A stretch of DNA of 63,554 nucleotides, filler included, from Globobulimina sp. (GCA_003354225.1; 31 parts of 31 records of this genome joined end to end with filler, not necessarily neighbours in it), one strand, 5' to 3'. Counted from the first letter of the whole stretch, positions 1 to 11,904 are shown. Notes: a model not told the origin generated them from the letters alone. Translations and numbers: made by a program.

Positions 1-1349
1 CGAAAAATAAATTGAAATAAGAGGTTTCCATCATGTCTAACTTCAGCAGATATGCGGTTAAATTCTGCCATAAAATATGTAGTTTTCCTTTCTGTGAATG
101 TTTCAACAATACATAGCCACCAATCACTGCCAATGTACAATTTAGTTTCCAGGCTTACCAACGATAGAACAAATAAATAAAAAAATATTCCAAGAATCAT
201 CATTGCAAACGAAACAATGATATCTTGCCACTCATCAGGCGTTTCTTGGAGAACTTCATGTGTTTGAGACTGAACTGTCATTTCTAAGTTGCGCTTTGTT
301 TCTTGACTTTCTTGCCTTTTCCAACAGCATTTATGATAACCACAACCACCACAACGCTCCAAAATAGATAGGATACAGCGAACCAAACCAAACAAAATAA
401 AAATAAATATACTCATCGATAGCATCAATGCCAAACCAAAGACGAACACCGATGGAATAATATGAGTGAAAACGCATCCTATTAATACAAAATTGATGAG
501 TACTTTTTCAAGAATAATAACTATATTCATGGATAATGGATATTTTTTAAGCTTGATTAGATTCCGTTTGTTCTGAAGTAGAATTACTGTCAGAAGCACA
601 TGTTTCATATTCGGACTATTCAATAATATTAAATTCAAACATTGATATCGCTTCCAGCCACTTTCTAATTGATTCATTTTTTGCCCCATACTCATTATAT
701 CCAAATACCACTGAAAAAGCGATAGAACAAACATAACCATCATGTATCCCAAAAAGAAATATTTTTTAAAAATACGTTGATAATTTCTGTTCTGATAACA
801 TTGTACTTTGAGGTCCTTTCCATCCCAAACCTGGTGATTGATGTACCATTGACCGTTAATATATTTTGCTACACAAAATATCTCATTACAAAAGTCAGTG
901 AATTTAACCGTTTGGTTGAAATATACTTTACTTTGGTCGGAGCCAATTGCATTTTTTGGAAATCGAAGCGTCAAACCCAACTCTTCCTGCACAAAATACC
1001 AAAACGTTGGCTGTGGAAATGCAAGTCCTGCTTCTTCCAAATTATATGTGATAACATAATGACTCCAATGATCTGGATGCACGATTTTATCAAAATAAGC
1101 ATGGTCCACTCTTTGGAATTCCAGTTCAGCCCATCCCGCGAAATCCAAAATAGCAGATAATCCTACATTGATTCTAACATATACACTTTCGTGATTTTCA
1201 GTATTAACATATGTTTCAATTATTCCATCATTGGCCTCCATCTCTTTATTCTCTGAAAATAACTCACTTTTAATCACAGCAAAATCAGTGGAGTTTGAAC
1301 CAGGATGTCCAGGAATTACCTGTTTCTGCTTAATATGCTCTATGCCCAT
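1..1349 (-). CDS. Hypothetical multi-pass membrane protein, >=449 aa, 3'-truncated (absent from the ORF track)
   Basis: Manual translation from ATG at 1349 (MGIEHIKQKQVIPGHPG...) stays open to the contig edge. Several hydrophobic segments lie in the C-terminal half. Confidence 0.75.
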   Translation of the reverse strand, partial: MGIEHIKQKQVIPGHPGSNSTDFAVIKSELFSENKEMEANDGIIETYVNTENHESVYVRINVGLSAILDFAGWAELEFQRVDHAYFDKIVHPDHWSHYVITYNLEEAGLAFPQPTFWYFVQEELGLTLRFPKNAIGSDQSKVYFNQTVKFTDFCNEIFCVAKYINGQWYINHQVWDGKDLKVQCYQNRNYQRIFKKYFFLGYMMVMFVLSLFQWYLDIMSMGQKMNQLESGWKRYQCLNLILLNSPNMKHVLLTVILLQNKRNLIKLKKYPLSMNIVIILEKVLINFVLIGCVFTHIIPSVFVFGLALMLSMSIFIFILFGLVRCILSILERCGGCGYHKCCWKRQESQETKRNLEMTVQSQTHEVLQETPDEWQDIIVSFAMMILGIFFYLFVLSLVSLETKLYIGSDWWLCIVETFTERKTTYFMAEFNRISAEVRHDGNLLFQFIF

Positions 1350-1437
1350 TGGAGACAACCATAAATTTAGAAATTTTATCGTATTATTATTGTGTGTTGC
1401 GTTTTATCGATATTATTCACATAAGAAAAGGCAAAAA

Positions 1438-1955
1438 ATGTCGAATCAAAATACAAAGAATCAAACATTTACGGAAACAATAAAATCTATAACATTACAA
1501 AGAGTATACAGTGAGACCAAAGAATATTGCATTAGCTTTGCTAAACGCCGTCCCATTGTAGCCACCTTAATTGCCCTTGAATTAGGAAGTTGGGCATATT
1601 TAGGATTAAAAAAATTTTCACAGAAATTTATTTGGTGGAATACCGTCTTAGAACTTGAAATCAAAGGAGATTATACCATGGTATTTAGCATTTTCATCTA
1701 CACACAAAATTGTTGAAATTTCCTGAAAATAATCCATAAAAATACATAGAAACCACCGGATCCTTTGCAAGAGATTTTAAATCCATCAAAGAAATTGTCG
1801 TTTTTACAATTATTGCATACCATTCATGGCGCAGCTAAAGATAAGCGAGTCCGCGCATTGTTACTTCGCATCGAACCTGAATTTATTATTGGCGTTGGAC
1901 AATGTGAGGAATTGCGAGCAACGCTGTTACAATTTAAAGAGAAGTATAACAAAGC
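1438..1955 (+). CDS. sppA: Signal peptide peptidase SppA/protease IV (S49), N-terminal part, intron 1681-1749
   Basis: Spliced product VLELEIKGDYTM|KPPDPLQEILN..LSFLQLLHTIHGAAKDKRVRALLLRIE..GVGQCEELRATLLQFK matches the N-domain pattern of 67K SppA. The GT-AG intron restores the frame. Confidence 0.75.
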
Positions 1956-2055
1956 NNNNNNNNNNNNNNNNNNNNNNNNNNNNNNNNNNNNNNNNNNNNT
2001 TAATTAATTAANNNNNNNNNNNNNNNNNNNNNNNNNNNNNNNNNNNNNNNNNNNN
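1956..2055. other. Artificial contig spacer (first of 30; last at 61503-61602)
   Basis: N44-TTAATTAATTAA-N44 recurs about every 2.05 kb. The 12-mer gives stops in all six frames. Contig lengths fall monotonically from 1955 to 1952. Confidence 0.99.
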
Positions 2056-2291
2056 ATGGTTCTGGATAAACCAAGGGAAGAAGACGAAATAGTGCGTGTG
2101 CACGGCATAGAAATTGTTTATAGCCGAGATGACAAAGACATATTAAATCAAACAGTTATATATGCCAAAGATATAACTTCCGCGATAAACCTGCATTTAA
2201 ATCGACAATAACGGAGGAATATGGCACTAAGCCCGATCCAGAAACACCTAAAAAGCCCGTTAATAAATGGAGCAGCAGACTTAAAAAATGG

Positions 2292-2837
2292 ATGATTATA
2301 GGAATGGGTGTTGGCATATTATATTATTTTGCAATGAGGAAATTGCAAAAGGCACTGGATAACATAGATTTGAATGATTTGACAGAGATATATTCAGAAG
2401 GTGTGAATCAAGGTTTTATTTGGTATTATAAACATTTGGGCGTAGGGATGGTTCGCGAAGATGATAATATATTAAATCTATTTGAATGTAATACAAAGAA
2501 TGAATTATTTGCAGTTAAAACAGAGAATGAAGCAGCATTGCAAGATATGTTTGATTCAAATGAAAAATGCATGAAAATACAATTTGAGATTTGCAATAAA
2601 GATAAGTCAATATTGGGTACAGTTACTATGAAATTATTGCCCCAAGTTAAAGATGGAAGTGTTGGAAGTTTTATGATGAAAGATTTGGATGGAAAAGATG
2701 CTAAGTTACACATCTTCCTATCAGTGACCATGGATAATCATCAAGAAATAATGGTATTCAATAAAATATTGTCTGAGACTGATTATGACGCTGATTTAAT
2801 GCACCAATGGTTTGAAGATCATGAAATAGAAATATGA
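2292..2837 (+). CDS. Hypothetical protein with one TM segment; true start probably upstream
   Basis: 181-aa ORF whose frame is also open upstream of the Met. Hydrophobic stretch IIGMGVGILYYFAM. Confidence 0.55.
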   Translation: MIIGMGVGILYYFAMRKLQKALDNIDLNDLTEIYSEGVNQGFIWYYKHLGVGMVREDDNILNLFECNTKNELFAVKTENEAALQDMFDSNEKCMKIQFEICNKDKSILGTVTMKLLPQVKDGSVGSFMMKDLDGKDAKLHIFLSVTMDNHQEIMVFNKILSETDYDADLMHQWFEDHEIEI

Positions 2838-2899
2838 CCTCAGTATAAAAAACATTTTTGTCCTTGCACTTCAGATTAGTCTTATCATATCAACATAAA

Positions 2900-3946
2900 T
2901 CAAGCATTTCGCAAAATCTCCACACAAATTTGTCTATATTTCTGGGTTTTTTTTAATTTTGTCAGATATTTTGAAAATTTTGGGTCGTTTTTAATAATCG
3001 ATAATTGATCGCCGTTCATTGCTTTTAGCGAAGTCAACCAAATCATAATATTCCGCTTCGCCTCATACGCAGTTATGAATTTATCTAAAATCTGTTTGGT
3101 TTTATTATTTGATGTTTTTATTGTCTTCGATTTCTTATTTTTATTTAATTCGTTATCACTTAATGGTGATAACGAGGGCGAATCTGATAAATCCATACTA
3201 CTCTTTCTTCTCTTTTTCGTTTTACTCATTCTTTTCTCAATCCGCTGTTTATTCATTTCTTTGTTTTTAATGAATTTTTCTTGCTGTCTCATTTGAAACG
3301 ATTTATCCCTCTCATCCCCACTCAGCGAGTCATCCTCGCTCTCATTGCCATAGATATCGCCTTGAAATATGTCATCGCTCTCACTCTCACTGTCCGTGTT
3401 CCTGTCTCTTATCATTGACTTCCTCATTGATTTCCTCATTGGTTTCATATTTGGGCTGTTTTTTCTTTGTCTTTTGGGTGGTGGTGGTTTGCTTATTTTA
3501 TCCATGTCTCTCTCTCTTCGTTTCTTACCACTTTTTGGTTTATATTTGTCCCATTCAACCAATAATGTTTTCGATTGTTTTGTTGATATATTTTCAATGC
3601 ATTGTATTAATGGTTTTATTTTGTTGAAAATGTGTGTATTTAAGATAATTATTCCATTTTTATAATCATCGGATAGTTTAATTAATATATTATCGGCGTT
3701 TAGATTTGATTTGTTTTTATCGCAGATTTGCTTATAAATACACATTAATTTATTAATTTGAGCGCAATCGTTGATACTTTGAATCTCAATTTTGATATTT
3801 TTGATATTTTGTTTGTATAAATTTGAGTTTATTTTGTCTGAAATTGTGATGTTTTTGTTGATTACATTGGTGATAATATCATTTAGTGATAAATTATTTG
3901 GGTTTTTTTTATTAAATAATGGAAATGGCAATAATTGTTTTGACAT
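2900..3946 (-). CDS. Hypothetical Lys/Arg/Ser/acidic low-complexity, probably nuclear protein
   Basis: 348-aa ORF with NLS-like KKRRER and PPPPKRQRK motifs. Confidence 0.6.
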   Translation of the reverse strand: MSKQLLPFPLFNKKNPNNLSLNDIITNVINKNITISDKINSNLYKQNIKNIKIEIQSINDCAQINKLMCIYKQICDKNKSNLNADNILIKLSDDYKNGIIILNTHIFNKIKPLIQCIENISTKQSKTLLVEWDKYKPKSGKKRRERDMDKISKPPPPKRQRKNSPNMKPMRKSMRKSMIRDRNTDSESESDDIFQGDIYGNESEDDSLSGDERDKSFQMRQQEKFIKNKEMNKQRIEKRMSKTKKRRKSSMDLSDSPSLSPLSDNELNKNKKSKTIKTSNNKTKQILDKFITAYEAKRNIMIWLTSLKAMNGDQLSIIKNDPKFSKYLTKLKKTQKYRQICVEILRNA

Positions 3947-4146
3947 AATGCGAATTAATAAACTAAAAACAGTGCAAATATATTTTGAATTAAACGTTAT
4001 TTTCTCAAATNNNNNNNNNNNNNNNNNNNNNNNNNNNNNNNNNNNNNNNNNNNNTTAATTAATTAANNNNNNNNNNNNNNNNNNNNNNNNNNNNNNNNNN
4101 NNNNNNNNNNTCTACAAGTCATGAACACTCTACAAGTCATGCACAG

Positions 4147-4188
4147 TCTTGTACATGAAATGTTGTAGAATTCTACAAGTTGGGACAA
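4147..4188. repeat. 42-bp dispersed repeat containing the 16-bp palindrome TTGTAGAATTCTACAA (copy 1)
   Basis: Identical to 15679-15720 on an unrelated contig. Confidence 0.9.
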
Positions 4189-4340
4189 CGCCTTTGTTTG
4201 TCTTTCAAAATCTAGTCAGCCATTATCTGATGGAAAAAAAAAGTTTTTCAAAAACAGCTTTACCACTCTTGACACTAGCAAATATTGCCTGGTTATTTTT
4301 TTAAACGACATTCTAAAACGTTTCAATAAATGCTAAACAG

Positions 4341-6061
4341 ATATTTTTTGAGAGCGATGCGGGAAGTTTAGGATTAAAAAGAAATAAACGATTAAGTACA
4401 ACAAATATAAATGATAAAGAAGGCGAGATTGAACATAAAGAATCGGGTATTGGTGCAATAAAAGGAAACTATGGAACACTTGAAAGTAATGATGAAAAAT
4501 CAGAAATAGATATTATTGACATTATCCAGGATAAAATGGGTGGCAAATCAGCAACAAATATTAAGTATGAAACAATTGAGTTATTTCCCAGATGGAAGAT
4601 ATGGAATTACATCGCATTTAATCAAGCATATTTATTTCGATATTCCTTCAGAATGTGTGATGTTTTCAGTCGTTTAATGATTTTGGCATTGATTTGGTGC
4701 TCATTGAGTGGGACTGTTACATTTTTTATTTTGATGTTTGAAGTATTGACTGTTGTTGTTTATGCCACACAGAAAGGAAAATATAATTTTTTCCAATTTT
4801 TAGTGGCAACGTATTTCAGCGAAGATAATAAAAAACAAACTGTGCGTTATTGCTTTTTCCGACGAATCGAGTCGTTGGTTTATTTGATTATAGTTTCCAT
4901 TGTAATTTTATTTGGCGATCAATATAATAATGACAATAAAATCAATTGTTATCAGAATTACTGTGAGGAAACAGCGTGGAATCAATATTATGATGTTGAA
5001 TGGCAAGGATCTGCACAATGTTCTGACGATGATGCTAAGCGTATTTGTATTGCCATTACTGCCGGAGATCGAAGTGAATGTGATTGCCAATTGTATCAAG
5101 AAGTATTTCTTACCAAAATATTATTACTCTTAGCATGGTCCTTTGCTAATTTAAGTGGTGATGTATTTTTTGGTATGTTATATATATTCATCACTGTACC
5201 GAGCTATATAATGTCAATAATATACAAAAAGGAGCATTCAATTCAATGAGAGATAAGTTTGGAACAAATGAACGTAATATAATGAATGTAATGGATAAGA
5301 GAGACTGGAGTGCATTCAGTGAAATGGTCCAATTTGGATATAGAATGAATAGAAAACAAAAGAACAAAGATACCGGCGTCGAAACATCCGCATTGTCCAA
5401 GTTTTTAGATCGAGTACCGGCAAATCAATTTAATTGTGATGATATTGAAAACATGGTATTATTTGGAGCCAATATAAATGATAAATGTATTAAACCAAAG
5501 GATGAGAATGATAATGATGAACCAAATAAAATTGGCGATAATGTATTAATTCGATATATTAAAATTACACCGATTGCAGAAATAAATGAGCAATTTGAAG
5601 ATGTTGTGGTCAAATGGTCAACACAGGGAATTGTTGGAGGTGATTATAATCAAAAAAGGGAGAGAATCTGTGTTGATTTAAATGCAAAGAATGAAAATGG
5701 ATATACCGCGTTTAAGGTTTATTGGGAAAAAGCACAATATTTAAGGAGACAAAAATTAAGGGAGAGAAAATATATTTTAGAAGAACGGAAATGGCATAAA
5801 TTACATTATGAATATGATTTAAAAAAAAAACGGTCGTCGGGATTGTTTTGGATTTTCGATGCATCCAAAGTCGAAGATATCGAAGAAAAAAATACTACAA
5901 AACGAGAACAATCCCTAGACGTAGTCAAATTTTTGATTGATGAATTAAAATGTTCTGTGCAACCGCAGTCATCAAGTAATATTATATTTGAATATATGAA
6001 AGTTAATCGTAATAATTTAAATAATCGTGATTGGGATTCGTTGGCTTTTTTTTACAATTAA
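4341..6061 (+). CDS. Multi-pass membrane protein (XK-related-like) with ankyrin-like C-terminal region, intron 5173-5231
   Basis: The intron joins ORF 4536-5249 in frame to ORF 5246-6061 (FFG|AFNSMRDK). RMCDVFSRLMILALIW is XK-like. FGANINDK, DLNAKNENGYTAF and LDVVKFLI are ankyrin-like. Confidence 0.55.
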
Positions 6062-6165
6062 CCATNNNNNNNNNNNNNNNNNNNNNNNNNNNNNNNNNNN
6101 NNNNNNNNNTTAATTAATTAANNNNNNNNNNNNNNNNNNNNNNNNNNNNNNNNNNNNNNNNNNNN

Positions 6166-7677
6166 TCGTCATCACCGTCAGCATTATCAACACCATAATG
6201 AAACAAAGCTATACACGCGAGATCCTGCACTTTACTGGTGGCGACTCTCTGAAGTTCTATAGAATCTTTGGACTGCGTCAGTTTAACGAAATAACCCGCT
6301 CTCAATGCGAAGCGAAGTTATGTGAATTTGAGAAGTATTACCAAGGTCAGATGTGCTCAGTTACAGATTTTAATAACGGGCTTGAACGGTATGACAGATT
6401 TTAAGAAGATCCATACGTTCACCTCCGATTTCAAGAATAAAGTCGATCAAGTTATGATTGACAAAGAATCAATTTTATTATTAGACTTTCAAGCGAATAC
6501 AATGAAGTTGCAGCAGTTCACAACGACGAATCAAATTTATTTGCCACATTTATATGATAAATCTATTGAGGAATTACAACATTTGTTGGATGTTATTATC
6601 CCACCGGAAGTCGTTGAGCCACCACAACTTATTCACCGCAATAACATTTTAAATCATATTGCGAATGATTCAACTTTGAATATATCCAACATTCACCCAA
6701 CAAATGTTGATGTTGATTCAAACATGTCACTCCGTCTCGATGAATCCAATCATTTCATCGACAATACTCTTTTGGATATGAAGGTTGACGGTGACATTGA
6801 CATTCTGTGTGATTTAATGGCTTCTGAGTTCCGATACGGACTCACTGCCTACATCGCCTGTGGCTAAAACACCTCCTTCAGGTCATCCGGATGATGCTTT
6901 CAGCTCATAGTATTCATTGCCAAAATTTGTGGTTGGCGATGGAAGACCGTAATGCGATGCCGGTCGATCCAATTCCAGTTTATGACCAGAACCGACTGGC
7001 GATAGTACCTGAAATGTCCGATTCGGTGTGTTTTGATACACTGCCCTCACCACGCACAGATTTCATTAAGTTCCGCGATGATATCTTGCACATTGAAGAT
7101 AAGAACAGTATCATTTTTAACACATTGAACGCATCGAACCTGCCTCAAAATGCCGATATTTATACAACGATTAATGATCAATTACAAGCGGTGGCTTTGT
7201 CGCCTATTCCGTCACCACGCACCGCGGAGAAAAATGACATTATGGACCGCGGAGAAAAACATTATTTCATCCGTACGACGTCCAAAAGTCCGATTGCATC
7301 CGCGATTGTTATCAGATAACTCATCAACAACGTCGTTGTTGACACACTAGTCCAACATTTTAAGCCCGTCAGCTTTGACACGGGTGTTGCCGCTCAAACA
7401 TATTTTGGTAGCACCCGCAACCACAGTCCCTCAATCACAACAAACGGACTTTCACCAATTCAGAAATGCGATCCTTGCACAATCACAAGATCTGACTATT
7501 AGTACTGTTCAGCATCCATCAGAGGAGAAACAATCAACAACGCGACAGAATATGGCTGCAGCTTTCAATGATTTGCGGGATAATTGGCCCTCGCTGCATT
7601 ATGATCATGCTCATGGACGACGTCACCGTCAGATACGTACGTTCCATGACTCAGGCTCAGATGAACTGGTTTTATGA
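6166..7677 (+). pseudogene. Decayed coding sequence of unknown family
   Basis: Chain of same-strand ORFs separated by frameshifts and in-frame stops (e.g. TAG at 7348-7350), with internal peptide repeats PSPRTDFIKFRDDIL / PSPRTAEK / QTDFHQFRNAIL. Confidence 0.45.
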
Positions 7678-8881
7678 ATGTTTTATGACAGTTTTATTTT
7701 TAATTCAGTTGAATTTGTTTGACGTTATTTCCCGGCATGTAAATCCCACCTATTTGTATTGCACTTTGTTTTATTTTTATTCTCAATATTCATTTTTCTC
7801 AGTATTATCTTATTTGCTTTTTGTACATTTATAGTTATCATTATCCCCTTGAGGAGATATACGTAGTATATACTCAAGGGTTTATAGAGAAGATCAATCA
7901 TTTTTAATTAATTAATTAAAAATTTAACTTCAGACATTTGTAGATTTTCATGTTTGTAAGCCAATAACTCTTGTTCTATTGTGTCTTCATGGCTATAATT
8001 TTGTATTTATGCATTTAACCATTTTTTGTACATACTGTCCAAATTTAAAATTTTTTGGTGAAAAAATTCCTAAAGAGAGTTACTTAAGGAATGAGATCTG
8101 AGATATGAGATCCGAGATATNNNNNNNNNNNNNNNNNNNNNNNNNNNNNNNNNNNNNNNNNNNNTTAATTAATTAANNNNNNNNNNNNNNNNNNNNNNNN
8201 NNNNNNNNNNNNNNNNNNNNGAACGTCGGCCAGTGATGATGTAAAATAGATAGTTTGGGTTTATAAAGTAATGAAAGGACATCAGTAACAAATAGTTTAT
8301 TAATGAAAAATTTTTGTTTATGGGTATGTTAACAAGTCTAGTCAACTGTAAATAGAATCAAGTAAAGTGTGAAAATCCACTGAGATACAACTAGTGAAGT
8401 CAACATTTTCAGTCTGTCAGTGTGAACACCAGACTAGAATCAGTTAGAAAGTGAAAAGGGACAGATGTTGAGGAGAAATACACTTAAAGAGAGACAGAAG
8501 AAAGTGTATTGTCTCTGCAGCATAGATCCAGAGAGTAACTTCATTGACAACACCACAAATTAGAACGGAAATCTGATGATTCGAAAGGAACACGAACCAA
8601 ACATGTCCTTTGTGACACACGTCTAACACGCTACTATAAAAGGTCTAACAAGAAGACAAAATTTTTATTAAAGAGTTAAGTAAATTTCAACAACATGTAT
8701 ATCTTCAAAAACAACAACATCTTCAAAAACTGGATTCTGTAAAGTAAACAAAGTAAACAATAGTAATGAATGAGAAGAGGACTGCACTGGATAGAAGAGA
8801 GACAGAAGCGTCCAGTGTCAGCATCATCATCAAGATGAATCGATCAACTCCATGGTGCAACTCCATTCCGTGCTCGATTTT

Positions 8882-8894
8882 AAGCGGGGAGGGA
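8882..8894 (+). mobile_element. Polypurine tract of LTR retrotransposon
   Basis: AAGCGGGGAGGGA directly abuts the TG start of the LTR. Confidence 0.7.
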
Positions 8895-9330
8895 TGTTGT
8901 AGATAGCCTGGAAGGACACTGGACGATGATGAAATATGTACAGTAACCAGCCAAAACATAATCTAGTCAAGACCGGTTTAGCGGCTGAAAGCAGACAACA
9001 ACAGCAGACAACAATAACAGCTGATTACAAAGATATTTGCATACAAAGGTCATCCAGTTGCAAGAGTCATCTCTTATCATTATTACGATTTCTCATTATT
9101 ATTCTATCATTCTTGTTATTATTGTATTTTGTGACTTGTACGGTCTAACATGTTCATGTAGTAAATACCCCTTTATTATACTTGTGTTATAACATTATAT
9201 CCTAGGTACACCGATTGTAGGGACTTGTCCATCAAGCGAGCACCTTGTTTTGAGCTTAACCTTTTATTATATTGTATTTTACCCATTCCAAAGTCTCGCT
9301 CAACATTCAACATACTCGTCCCCTACAACA
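8895..9330 (+). mobile_element. Long terminal repeat (436 bp)
   Basis: Begins TGTTGTAG and ends CTACAACA (perfect 8-bp terminal inverted repeat, TG...CA). PPT lies on the left and PBS on the right. Confidence 0.75.
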
Positions 9331-9332
9331 AA

Positions 9333-9350
9333 TGGTGATCAGCGGTGGAT
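9333..9350 (+). mobile_element. Primer-binding site
   Basis: TGGTGATCAGCGGTGGAT starts 2 nt after the LTR end. Its complement ATCCACCGCTGATCACCA has tRNA 3'-end geometry ending in CCA. Confidence 0.65.
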
Positions 9351-9589
9351 GTTGATTTTCATCATCAGATTCGAACTCAAAAGTGTTGTCAGTGCAAGTG
9401 CGTGGCCGATTGAAAGCCAATGTTCAAATCAATGCAAGTGTATTGTCAGTGCAAGTGAACTGTCAACTCAACTGTCAACTCAATCGTCAATTTGGTGCAA
9501 GTCAATCAAGTGCAAGTGCAAGTGCAATTCAGTACAAGTGAACGACAAATCGGACGTCAACAATAAGTAATAATATTGATAAAGTAGTC

Positions 9590-10175
9590 ATGTCTTTTAA
9601 GCAATCACCTGAGCCGAAGGCCAAACGTAAGAAAGTAGATTCTGAGACAGTAGCTAGTGAGACATGTCCTAGACGTTCGAAAAGATTCGAACAAAAACAA
9701 CAACAGGGTATTTATTATAATCCGTATGTACCGAAAGTGAGAAAGGATCAATTTAGAAGGGGTGTAGAACGGATTGAAGAAGTGAGAAGGAGTAGAGTAG
9801 AGCGAAGTTTGCGTCAAGATAGAAGAGTGAGCGAAAGTCGCGATTTAGAACGGGAAAAACAAGACAAAATTTCGAATGTGAGTCGGTTATATCGGGCAGA
9901 CAGCTGTCCCGCGTTAGGTACTGCAGTTGGAGAAGTAAACGTGAGCAGGCCTGAAATTTCGTATGTATTTGAAGAAGGAAACGGTAGAGTAGTTTATGAG
10001 CCAGCCGAAGTGACAATAATTCGACAAAACGACCCTAATGATGAGTCAATGACTATTGTAAATACTCCCATTTTGTACGAAAATGCTAAAACAGTCAAAA
10101 CGTCAATTTTGTATGGAAATGCCAAAAGTTCGAAGCCATCTGAAAAGGCAGCCAAAAGTACTAAAAAAAAAGGTA
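9590..10175 (+). CDS. First ORF (putative Gag N-terminus) of the LTR element, 3'-truncated
   Basis: Basic ORF about 240 nt downstream of the PBS. Assigned by position only; no Gag motif is visible. Confidence 0.5.
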
Positions 10176-10275
10176 NNNNNNNNNNNNNNNNNNNNNNNNN
10201 NNNNNNNNNNNNNNNNNNNTTAATTAATTAANNNNNNNNNNNNNNNNNNNNNNNNNNNNNNNNNNNNNNNNNNNN

Positions 10276-11904
10276 TGGGTGAGGCGAAGAATTTGGGTTC
10301 AGAAAGAATTGTTCGATATTCTGCTTTGGGTCACGTCAAATCTTTTTTTGGATTTGGGAAGAAAACAAAAAGGAAAAAAGGAGCAGCTCATATTGGATAT
10401 TATACAATTGTAATGGGCAGAGAAGCAGTGATAAGATTGTGAGTTTTTTTTGTTTAGTTAAGTGTTGAACAGAAATGTGATGTCTCAAACTGTGTGGTTT
10501 ACAAACCCGCAATGTCAGCTATTTAATGACGACTATGAAATCATAGAAAGTGAGAAGTGTTCAAATGCAAAGCCAGAATTTGGTTCCATTCATACATGTA
10601 TTTGCAGACGAAAATATGATGCGGAATTATTTGTTGTTAAAAAGATATTAAAAGCCAAATTGACTGAAATCTTTCCCTCATCAGACGCCATAATCAAAGG
10701 TATCAAAAATGAAATTGCTGTGCTGAAGCAAATACATCATAGACATATTGTAAATATTCATGAGATGTACGAAACGAAAAGCATTCTCCATATGGTAATT
10801 GATCCTTGTCTTGGCGGACAGCTATGTAATAAATTAAAAATACAAAAACGTTTTGCCGAAACTCGCTGCAAACCCATTATCAAAATGCTTTGTATTGCTT
10901 TGGATTATATGCACGATCAATATTGCATACTTCATTGCGCTTTGAATCCAAATAATATTTTATTTGTCGATGATACGAATAACTCAAATGTAAAAATCAA
11001 TTTCCGTCTGAATCAGTCACCAAATAACAAAACGATAACAAATTATTCTGCGCCAGAAATAATTACAAACAAAGACAAAGATACTCATTTATCTGATATG
11101 TGGAGTGTTGGCGTTATTACTTTTGTGATGATATTTGGTTTCCATCCGTTTCGAATTAAAAATATAAATCCATTTAACACAGAGCGGGAACTGCAACAGT
11201 TTTGCAAATTAATTCGAAAAGGATTTCAAAATAAAATCAAAGTTAATTGAAAGTATACAATTTATTTAATTTACGTCCTTTATAGAAACACTTATAAATA
11301 TTAACAGAGTGGTTTTGGTGCTTTTTTCCCCGCTGCAATGAGTGGCATTTTATCCCGATGTGGCATGGATTTCATATCGCAATTACTTAAAAATAAAGCA
11401 AATAAAAGGATGACTGCTAAAAAGGCATTAAAACATCCGTGGATAAGAGATGTTGTTTTGAAAACAGATGGAAACCACACTGAAGAGGAAAAACTTGAAA
11501 AGTTTGAGAAAAAGAAACAAAGAAAGCTGAGGCTAACACATAGTAATTGTGATAGAAAGCAGAAGGAAGATATCTATGCATATGATCAGGAAATATTTAC
11601 CATTGACAGAGTACACGATGCCTTGAAAAATAACGACAAAAATGAAATTATTGAAATGTTTAATCTGTTGATGGAACAAAACAAAGAATATCAACAAAAA
11701 ATTGAAAAACTGCAACATGATAATGTTTCGCTGGAAAAAGTGATTCAAACGGTGTCAGCGCAGAATATGTCAATGCTATCAAGCAAATGTTATGAGAATG
11801 GACGATTATTTGATAAAACGAGAATTGAGGATATGATGACTCCATTGTCCACGGGTACGCCGGTTCGAACCTATGCGACACCGATCTATGGCATTGATTT
11901 GTAA
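10276..11904 (+). CDS. CAMK-like pseudokinase with coiled-coil tail, 5'-partial, introns ~10439-10518 and 11242-11307
   Basis: VVKKI, NEIAVLKQIHHRHIV, YSAPE, DMWSVGVI and ALKHPW are present. The catalytic loop reads HCALNPNN and DFG reads INF. The second intron joins KIK|SGFGAFFP in frame. Confidence 0.8.

Noticed and set aside
3075-3665. Hydrophobic plus-strand ORFs as membrane proteins (likewise 33310-33643 and 38231-38852)
   Set aside because: Antisense shadows of Lys/Glu/Asn-rich genes on the opposite strand.
7904-7919. (TTAA)4 inside a contig resembling the linker
   Set aside because: No flanking Ns; ordinary low-complexity AT sequence.
9390-9545. CAAGTG/TCAACT short repeats as a CRISPR array
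   Set aside because: Degenerate 6-mers with no spacer structure; they lie in the LTR element's leader region.
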